Shown: one piece after another, positions 55,797-64,000 of the stretch
Position numbering within the stretch: the first letter of the stretch is position 1
How the letters are laid out: every line of letters starts with the position of its first letter
NCBI GenBank assembly: GCA_951406725.2
Contig: OX597817.1
Location: forward strand, 62,248,001 to 62,312,000
Source of the DNA: Octopus vulgaris
Taxonomy: Eukaryota
DNA: 64,000 nucleotides
Direction: 5' to 3'
Position numbers and translations under genes: made by a program
Notes under the pieces: generated by a model
Databases searched by the model: none
Told to the model about the DNA's origin: nothing
The model's input: only the letters and a program-made list of their open reading frames with translations

Positions 55797-56142
55797 TAAC
55801 GATTAAATAATTAAATTTAGAAAAATTAGAAGAAAAGTTTTTTAAAACAATATTTCTATAGTAGTGTTCAGATTTAAGTGGATTCTGCCTTTCTCTGACT
55901 CCCTTGTTTGCACTTGTGTGTTCGAGGTAGTTGTGAGTTCTTGGTAGGGTAGTAGAGGGAAGGCTGGTGAGGAAAGGGGGTGGGAGAATCTGGGAGTGCC
56001 CTGATGGTCGTATTTTGAATGGTCAGTGGCGGCTGGCAGTCTCAGTTCAATTCAGGAGAATATTTATATCGACAGGCTTGTTTATAGAATTAGCGTAGGT
56101 GTTATACTAAAAAACATTAGTGACAAACTTAAGGGGTAGGGG

Positions 56143-56365
56143 GTGGAGAAGAAGAAGAAGAAGAAGAAGAAGGAGAAGGAGAAGGAGAAGATGATGGTGA
56201 TGGTGGTGATGATTATGACGACGATGATGATGATAACGATGATGATGAAGAAGAAGAAGAAGAAGAAGGAGGAGAAGGAGAAGATGGTGGTGATGATGGT
56301 GGCGATGATGATGACGCCGATGATGATGATAACGATGATGATGAAGAAGAAGAAGAAGAAAAAAA
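56143..56365. repeat. Duplicated (GAA)n/(GAT)n trinucleotide cassette in the Penelope 3' region
   Basis: GAAGATGATGGTGATG...GATAACGATGATGATGAAGAAG unit occurs twice. Confidence 0.9.
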
Positions 56366-56492
56366 CAGAGAAGGGAGAATATGAATGGGTGTAAATATAG
56401 CTATGAAGGGGCTGATTAGTAATGGATTCTATGGAGTGTAGTATTTGTGTGTGTATATATATTTTTTTCTTTTATTCTAAAGTTGAGGTATA

Positions 56493-58646
56493 TTAATTGT
56501 TTGTCGTAGACCCGTTAAGAAGTGGCTTGTATTTTGTAATAAAGAGATTTTCTTTACTTATTCTTTGTCTCGAGGTTGTATCGTCCCTAAATTGGTAGAG
56601 GGGGAAAATTCTGAAGTTTGGTGTTTTTTTGTTGGCGCAAGTATCTATGTGTTGGCTAAAAGCTATTTTTCTGTTTTGGGGAATTTTTATCTGGGATCTG
56701 TGCAGGGCCATTCGTTTACGCAAACCATTTTTTGTTTGGCCTATGTACTGCTCTTGACACCCGGAGCAGGTTAGTGAGTATATTAGGTTCTCCGAAGCAC
56801 ATGTGAAGTTGCTTTTCACTGTAAACCGTTGTCCCTGTTTGAAGGAGAACTCAGAACCCTCGATTAGATAGTCGCATATCCCGCAATTGGGTCTTCCACA
56901 TTTTTTTACTGTCGGCTTCTGTGTTGAAGAGTGAATTCGGGCTTGTGTAAGGAGACTTTTCATGGATCTAGGCTGTCTTTTGCTTTTTATGATCGTGTGT
57001 GTTTGGAGGATTGTGTTCATTCTGTGGTCTTTTTTTAGGAGGGGTATGTTGTGGAGGATGGTGTCGAAGGCTTCGTTATTGAGAGGGTTGTGTGTGGAGA
57101 TGTATGGTAAGGCTTTTGGTTGTAAGTTTTTCTTTGATTTGGGATGTCTCAGTTCCTTGATGTTAAGTTGAAGGGCACGTTGAATGCACTTGTCAATAAG
57201 TGAAGGTGGATAGTTCCTGGTGATTAGGGTATCTTTTAGTTCTTGTAGTCGTGTGTCTCTGGTGTTTGCGTTAGAGACTATAGTGCATATCCTTTTTGCT
57301 AGATTGAAGGGGATATTCATCCTGGTGTGTCTGGGGTGGCATGAATTGAATGGAAGATATTGCTTAGAGTCTGTAGGCTTATAGTATATGTCTGTTTCTA
57401 TTATATTATTAGCTTTCTTAATGAGGATATCGAGGAAGGGGAGTTGTTGTTGGCTATATTCCATCGTGAATTGGATGTTTACGTCCAGTCCGTTTAAAAT
57501 TTTCTGGAATTCTATGAGTTTTTCTATATTTTTATGCCAAAGGATGAAACAGTCATCTAGATATCTCTTCCAGTTGTTTTCTATGTAGATGGAGAAAGGG
57601 CTGCCATATCTTTCTAGAACCTTACGATACAGACTGATCTCTAGGTATCCTATGACTAGGTTGGCAAAGGAGGGGGCCATTCGTGTACCCATCGCAGTCC
57701 CCGATTTTTGTCGGTAGAAGTTGTCATTGAAGGCGAAGAAGTTATTTTCCAGGATGAATTTAACCCCTTCTATCACAAATTCTTTTTTGATGCGGTGTGG
57801 TAGTTCGTTGGCGTGATTCTCTAGCCAGAATTGGATTGCCTCTAGTCCTAGGTTGTGGGGGATATTGGAGTAGAGGTTGACTACATCGAAGGATACCAGT
57901 ATGGTGTTTTTGTTTATAGTATTCGGTAGGTGATTGAGCATATCTAAGTCGTCCCTTATATAGCTTTTGACATGTTTGAGGAGTGGTTTTAACAGGGTGT
58001 CTAAAAAGTTACTGAGGCGGTGGGTTTCGCATGCGGGACCTGCTATTATGGGTCTCAATTTGAGGTCATTAGGATTAGGGACTTTAATTATTTTGTCTGT
58101 AGCTATCTTGCATGCGTTGCTTATTTTTTCACTTTTGTGGATCTTAGGTATACCGTAGAATTGGCTAGTTTTACTTGTGAAATTGGTCATATAATCATAT
58201 TCTTTGTCGGTGAGCCCTGCTTTGTATGGGTTTAATATGGATTTTAGTTCCCTCATTATTTTTTGTTGACTGTAGTTTTGTGCCTTTTCATAGTATGTTG
58301 TGTCTTCCAGCATAGAAAGTACCAAAGTTATGTAAAATGTCGTATCCATTAAGACAACAGCACTCCCTTTATCGGCCTCTTTGATTGTTATTGTTTTATC
58401 TAGTTTTAATTTGTTCAACTCAGCCCATTCTTTTTTGCTGAAGTTTGGTTTGTGTTTTTGTTTGTGCATATGTTGATATGGGTAATTTGATATGTGGTCA
58501 CAGAAATCATCAAGTGTTTTATTCTTACCTTTCGAGGGGGTGTAGTTACTCCTATTTCTGGCTAACGATTCGTCCTCGTTGTATTTATCGTATAGCTCCT
58601 CAGTAAGTCTTAATTTTCTGCAGAATTCTGCGATGTCTTCTTTCAT
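56493..58646 (-). CDS. Penelope-like reverse transcriptase with C-terminal GIY-YIG endonuclease
   Basis: ADKG, YGIPKIHK, LRPII, SFDVVNLYSNIP, QKSGTAMG, RYLDD, FLDI, YYKPT, SCHP, Cys cluster CGRPNCGIC, LIY..TC...YIGQT..R...H. The frame stays open upstream to about 58847 and includes IINLT...LSKGLKFTPTP before the first Met. Confidence 0.96.
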   Translation of the reverse strand: MKEDIAEFCRKLRLTEELYDKYNEDESLARNRSNYTPSKGKNKTLDDFCDHISNYPYQHMHKQKHKPNFSKKEWAELNKLKLDKTITIKEADKGSAVVLMDTTFYITLVLSMLEDTTYYEKAQNYSQQKIMRELKSILNPYKAGLTDKEYDYMTNFTSKTSQFYGIPKIHKSEKISNACKIATDKIIKVPNPNDLKLRPIIAGPACETHRLSNFLDTLLKPLLKHVKSYIRDDLDMLNHLPNTINKNTILVSFDVVNLYSNIPHNLGLEAIQFWLENHANELPHRIKKEFVIEGVKFILENNFFAFNDNFYRQKSGTAMGTRMAPSFANLVIGYLEISLYRKVLERYGSPFSIYIENNWKRYLDDCFILWHKNIEKLIEFQKILNGLDVNIQFTMEYSQQQLPFLDILIKKANNIIETDIYYKPTDSKQYLPFNSCHPRHTRMNIPFNLAKRICTIVSNANTRDTRLQELKDTLITRNYPPSLIDKCIQRALQLNIKELRHPKSKKNLQPKALPYISTHNPLNNEAFDTILHNIPLLKKDHRMNTILQTHTIIKSKRQPRSMKSLLTQARIHSSTQKPTVKKCGRPNCGICDYLIEGSEFSFKQGQRFTVKSNFTCASENLIYSLTCSGCQEQYIGQTKNGLRKRMALHRSQIKIPQNRKIAFSQHIDTCANKKTPNFRIFPLYQFRDDTTSRQRISKENLFITKYKPLLNGSTTNN

Positions 58647-58783
58647 TTCATTGTAGTTGGGGTGTTGTGGGGTGGGTGTAAACTTGAGTCCTTTGGAAAG
58701 TATGTTTATTTGGTTTGCTGTTAGTTCCTTGTGAGTTAGATTAATAATTTTTATTACTTTTGGTTCCTCCTGCTTGTTTGGTG

Positions 58784-59218
58784 CTATCTTGTGTCTCTGT
58801 GTTTGCGTATTGGGTCTAAAAAATGAATGCGGTGGTTGGGACGGTAGCTAGTATATAGTTGTTCTTTGTTGATTAGGGGTCTCCTGTTGTGATTTGTGGT
58901 GTGTGTTCTTGGAGCAGTATTGAGGAGAGCATCCCGATATCCCATATTCGGGTGTGGTGTTCTAGGAGGCCTTCGTTGGTAATCATTGCAAGTGGTGTGG
59001 GTTTGTTGTGCATGGTTGTTTAACCGGTTAATGGGACGAAGATTTCGTTGGTAACTCCTTTGGGTGGGGATGAGGTTGTAGTGTCTATGCTGTGGGTGTT
59101 GATTTATCCTTTCTCTGCTTGAAGTGGGGGTATTCCTGATATTGTATCGCTGGCTGCTTACAGAGTTGGGGTTAGGTCCTGTATTCTTTTTTTGATAGTA
59201 GTGAAGGTTCCGATTTTT
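58784..59218 (-). CDS. 5'-truncated upstream ORF of the Penelope-like element (N/R/P/H-rich)
   Basis: Manual translation gives about 144 stop-free codons, KNRNLHYYQKK...GYRDALLN...HRIHFLDPIRKHRDTR*. The other two frames have stops. It overlaps the start of the RT frame. Confidence 0.65.
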   Translation of the reverse strand, partial: KNRNLHYYQKKNTGPNPNSVSSQRYNIRNTPTSSRERINQHPQHRHYNLIPTQRSYQRNLRPINRLNNHAQQTHTTCNDYQRRPPRTPHPNMGYRDALLNTAPRTHTTNHNRRPLINKEQLYTSYRPNHRIHFLDPIRKHRDTR

Positions 59219-59652
59219 AGACAGGTGTGACGTTAATCATAGCCCAACGTGTTTTCATACATCTTTGCCTATCAGGAGAGCTTCTTCTCAGAATATTTCG
59301 AAAGCAAAATGCCTTTCCAACCAGAGTGTACATGAACGAACGTATACACTACGAATGCTTGTAAAGACGCATATATTTATATTTGTTGGGTGGAAGTGGA
59401 TGTGTGTATATGTGTGTGAACGCATATAACTAATTCTACCTTCTATGCAAGGCGTTTATTCATTTTTGTCTCATTTAGTTTTCTTTAGCAATTAACTACT
59501 TTAATAATAACCTGTGTAACTTTCCAAACAATGTTGCAGTATTTATTTGACGCTGAATAATAGTCTTTGGGCTAACTATTTGAACCCTGTGTTTTACTAG
59601 TTGTCATTGAATAAGTTGATCTTATAGTAATTTGATTTCTTTTGTAATATGG

Positions 59653-59833
59653 CTTTCAAATTTTGGCACAAGTACTTTGGGAGACGGAATATCAATTACA
59701 TCAAATCCAGTGTTCATCGACCTCGATATGATGAAATGCAAAGTCAACTTCGGCGTTATTTGAACTCAGGACAGACGAAATACCGCTAAGCATTTTGCTC
59801 GGCGTGCTAACGACTCTGCCAGTTTGCCGGCTT
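59653..59833 (-). mobile_element. SINE family B
   Basis: GACGAAATACCGCTAAGCATTTTGCTCGGCGTGCTAACGACTCTGCCAG (reverse-complement head). Confidence 0.82.
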
Positions 59834-60751
59834 AATGATGTTAAATATCAACCAAAAGATAGAATTAGTATTTTCGTGCAAGTCACTTTGCCTCCATAAA
59901 CTTGATTTACTCAACAGAAAACAATTTTAAACGTAAATCTTCTTTCTGAGTTAAGGGTAGGGAAATTTTGAATGTATGCATTACATTTCCATAGTAAAAG
60001 GGTTAAGAAACCTTTAATGCATTAGAATTAACAATTTCTAACAAAGCTGCGAAGTTGCATGATTAAGTCCTTGCTGAATTGACTTATTACATAATATTAG
60101 AGTTAGTTCTAATTCAAAATTCAATCTGTGCTGTGGCACCCCAGTGGAATTAAATGAGTTAAAGAACCATAGAATTTCGGAATTCTATTGCGTATCATTC
60201 ACTATCTATCCTAAATATCATTGAATATTTTATCTATACTTTTGATCAATACCAAATTACGTTTGGACATTCATTGGTGGTTGTTTGTTTTACAAGATCG
60301 CAATAAAAGCCCTAGGTGAAAGACTTGCACGTGTTCTTCCCTCTTCTTTGAATGCTTCAGCAACAAACAAAAAGAAAAAGGAAAGAAAAAGAAATTACTA
60401 AGTATCTTAAATGCAAGAAAAGGATGATCCATTGATATCATCTTAAGCTAATCTCTGCAGACTTGAAGTGGTTCCACTTCCAATCAGACAATTTTAAAAT
60501 CCTTTTGTTCTTCTATGGCTCCTATATTTTGAGTGAAATGATATTATCAGAAATGCTGTCACTGATGAAATTGTTCGAAGCATTTATTAATAATAGCATT
60601 TTGTATTGTACATGAAAGTAAAATGTATCCTCAACTCCAATGAAATTATGTTTCTTCCAAAGCTGCCATTGATAGCATTCATATTATGGAGGAATTCATT
60701 GATCATATGATTGGTAGCCACAAGTACGGGACCTGTTTCATCTTTATGATA

Positions 60752-60959
60752 TTAACCCACTTGACAGCGACCTTGGTTCAATGATATAAACTTCCTAGTG
60801 CAAAGACATCTACATCAGAATCTTCTATCAAAATTTCATTTTTATTTGTTTCAAAGTACATCTTAGTAACGAGAAAAGCTATTTTACTAAATATTTCATC
60901 ATTTTAAAAATTAACAAAGACAGTGTATTTGAAGAGTGATTTGGTAACAAGTAGGTTAA
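60752..60959. mobile_element. TTAA-bounded degenerate MITE (piggyBac-like)
   Basis: TTAACCCACTTG at the left and CAAGTAGGTTAA at the right. Confidence 0.45.
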
Positions 60960-62275
60960 GAAGCAGACATACTCACTTGTACGAGGTATTTTATAAGGAC
61001 TTTCATTGTTTAAGGGTACTGATAGTTTAAATACGCAATCTAATGTCTAACCACCAAACGATAACGTAGCAGAGGTACCTATTTAAGCAGCACTTGATTC
61101 GTTGAAATTGTCCCTTGGACAAGAAATGATAATATTCATTGAATATGTTTATCATATACTTCTAAAGTATCAGTATAAATGCAAGTGTATTCCTAATTTC
61201 TCTTCGCTTCTTTTCCGCTTCCTCTAATACATCGGCCATTAGTTTTTACCCCTCACTCATATTATTAACTAAATAAAGTTGGAGTTAATTTATTTCCCTC
61301 AATTCTAAAACGAGTTCTAGTAAGCGTATCCTCTTTCAGTTTATTCCACTTCAATTAAAACTTAATTTATTGCATGGAAAGTTGGTTTTCTGCTATTTTT
61401 CTTTCCCTCTCCTCCTCTTGAAATAGTTTTTCAATCATTTACATCGCAAAAGAATTACAAAATACAATTACATTTTGGGGATTGGGACACAAAACTGTAA
61501 ACATTACTGAAAGTTTTGACATTTTGTCTCAACACGTAATAATTCATAACATTACAACCATTCCGATATAATTATTACAATATCGTATAATTAGAATATT
61601 TATTCCATCAATTACTATCATCATCGTTATTATTAGTATTTCCTACATTTTTCTTTGCATACAGTTTTCTTTGCATATTAACTATCCAAAGCAACAGTTA
61701 ATTTCCTACATATAAAGATTGCAATGTGTCTTTGATTAAACAGTGAGGCTTCCTCGAAAGTGTTTCCAAACATATTGCCATTTACAAGTATTCTTAGACT
61801 TACACAAAGTTCAAACCTTATGATTCCAATTTCCTTGCCGCTCCGTCTCTTTAATTCCAAACTTTTCTCTTGCTTTGAATTCTTTATCTCATTTGTAATA
61901 AATAGTTAAAGCATTCTTTTTTTGGTTCATGTTTTCCTCTCTATTTCTTCGCTCCTGATCCCATACACGTTCTAATAATTCATTTTCTACTCTTTCGATA
62001 TCCCTTAAAATTTGTCATTCCAATTTCCCTTTTACTCATTCTCTTACATTGTTATCTTATTTATTAAATTCCTTTTATTTCCATCATCATAATCGTTATC
62101 ATCCTAAACATTTAACGTCTAATTTTCCATGCTTCCATACATCGGAAGATGTTTGTTTGAGACAGACTTTCTACGATTGGATGCCCTTCCTGTAGCCAAC
62201 ACTCACCTCTCTCCAAGCAAACATTTTCCCATGACCAACAATTTTCTCGGAGAATACTGGAAATGTATAACCCTG

Positions 62276-62334
<59 letters not shown>

Positions 62335-62335
<1 letters not shown>

Positions 62336-63515
62336 TAGCATTAAAGACCCGTCGTTGCCGGGTCATAGTGCTAGTGCATGTATATATGTGTATATATATG
62401 TGTACATATTACATGTACTTCTATATATATACATCTACAACAAAATACAAAGTTATATGTTGACATCGCTAGTGATAACAATACTCAAAATATATAACAG
62501 ACTGGAATTGTTAGCCCGTCTCTTGTAATTTCGATCAATTGTATCTTGTCCTCCCTCTTGTATAAAGTGTGGCTACAATCCAGCCTACCTCTACTTCGGG
62601 GGTGGGGGACATTAAATTTTTTTTTTCCAGGACGTCCTACGTCCCAGATATAAAGGTAAAAGTAAAATATTTCCACTTTGCAAGTTCAAGTCGAGTACTC
62701 CCTTGCACGCTCCGTTGACTCGAACCTTGCTTCTATTGTGGCGAATTTACCGCCTCTGATTAGATAGCTTTCATAGTCGCACCAAGACACTTTTCGAAGG
62801 TGCTTTCCTCCATGTGTTCAAATCTTCTTTTTTCTCTACATTGTATACTTTATGGACAATAGTCTTTTCTTTAATTTAATTTTTTATTATCCATCTGAAC
62901 TATTCCATTTCTGCACGCTAATTTTAATTTTAATTTATTCCCATTCATGTGAAACCACTTATTCTAGTTCAAGTCATTGATGCAATTTTATACCAATTGC
63001 TAATTTTACTTTTGTTACGTTACGATTATATTATACTTTAGTTTGATTTTAATTATTACTTACTACATATAATTCAATTGTTATTATTATTTTTTTATTG
63101 TTAAAGTGAAAGTATCTGACGTAAAATAGAGAAATGTTTTTGTTTCACTTTTAACATGCAATACTGAAATAGTGGAGAAGATATGACATTGCTATGGGCT
63201 CGTTCTAGACAAGAAGTTGAACATTGTTTTGCCCATGAAACTACATGGACCCTAAGTAAGGCATGTGTAAAATTTGAATGAAATTGGTTGTGTAGTTCTC
63301 AAGTTTTAGGGAATCGTAGTGGAGAAGATATGATATTGCTGTGGGCTCGCCCTAGGCAAAAAGATAAAACTTTTGGCCGATGACACTCCCCGGACCCTAA
63401 GTAAGGCATGTGTAAAATTTGAATGAAATTGGTTGTGTAGTTCTCAAATTTTAGGGAAACACACAGACAGACAGACAGACACACACACACATTCTCAGTT
63501 TTATATATATAAAGA
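62335..63515 (-). mobile_element. Non-autonomous Helitron, complete termini
   Basis: Minus strand A|TCTTTATATATATAAAACTGAG...GACCCGGCAACGACGGGTC hairpin...CTAG|T. Internal ~147-bp tandem duplication at 63170-63460. Confidence 0.85.
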
Positions 63516-63534
63516 TAAGGGAGTCTGCTGTCAT

Positions 63535-63708
63535 AAACGACAGAGGACTTTAGTAATCAGTCTCCATCTACCAAATCCAGTCACAGGAATTTTGGTCGGC
63601 CCAGGACTATAATAGAAAACAGTTACCCTAGGTGCCACGCACTGCGATTGAACGCAGAAATTTGTGATTGGTGAGCAAACTTCTTATCACATAGCCATAC
63701 CTATGCCT
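63535..63708 (-). mobile_element. SINE family A, 5' half
   Basis: CCATCTACCAAATCCAGTCACAGG...GGTGCCACGCACTGCGATTGAAC...ACATAGCCATACCTATGCCT. Confidence 0.75.
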
Positions 63709-64000
63709 ATTTACAGCTACAAATATGTTTGTGATATTTTTACCATATAAATGCAATTCTACTGTAGTTTACCGTGGAGAAAACACTCTCGCTAATGGTA
63801 ACGCCTTATCTGCTCAGTGTCGCTCCCTATCGGACTCAGACGCGCTTCTGGCTCCCTAACCTTCCGCAATAAGAGATACCGAAGGAAGATAACTCTGAAC
63901 AGATTGGAAAGTCGTAGCTTTATAATGGAACAGTCAATATTAGTTACTAACTTGGGTTCAAGGACCACCCAGTCAGAACAATTATAGTATGTACTAGCAA

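Larger units (their letters stand above)
55672..59222 (-). mobile_element. Penelope-like retroelement (Neptune-type), 5'-truncated, RT-EN ORF intact
   Basis: Upstream open frame, uninterrupted RT + GIY-YIG ORF, and ~800-bp 3' region with a hammerhead motif ending at (TA)n. Confidence 0.92.

Noticed and set aside
56143-56394. Poly-Lys/Met ORF
   Set aside because: It is a trinucleotide repeat on the antisense strand of the Penelope 3' region.
60977-61006. Minus-strand ATG exon MKVLIKYLVQ followed by GTGAGT
   Set aside because: Such short signals arise by chance in 64 kb and no downstream exon could be linked.
63990-64000. ACTAGCAA resembling another Helitron 3' end
   Set aside because: Cut off by the window edge, so the hairpin cannot be verified.

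Overview
AT-rich, microsatellite-saturated eukaryotic DNA, intergenic or intronic. I found no recognisable host protein-coding exon. The SINE families and repeat landscape look like an octopus (cephalopod) genome, which is an inference. Almost all listed ORFs are artefacts of (TA)n, (CA)n, (TATG)n and (TAGA)n tracts. The real content is a nested transposon landscape: (1) a near-intact Penelope-like element (RT + GIY-YIG, minus strand, about 55.7-59.2 kb) with a candidate -1 frameshift joining an upstream ORF to the RT ORF, and a minimal hammerhead ribozyme with a U3-A8 core variant in its 3' terminal region; (2) several more hammerhead-like motifs in Penelope-type terminal fragments; (3) a full-length U6 snRNA retrocopy fused to a SINE/LINE-type 3' tail with a compensatorily changed hairpin, possibly a U6-headed SINE; (4) decayed R4/Dong LINEs, an RTE 3' end with TSD, Helitron, Tc1 and hAT remnants, several MITEs, and three tRNA-derived SINE families. 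All calls are by eye, with no database searches, and coordinates of decayed repeats are approximate.
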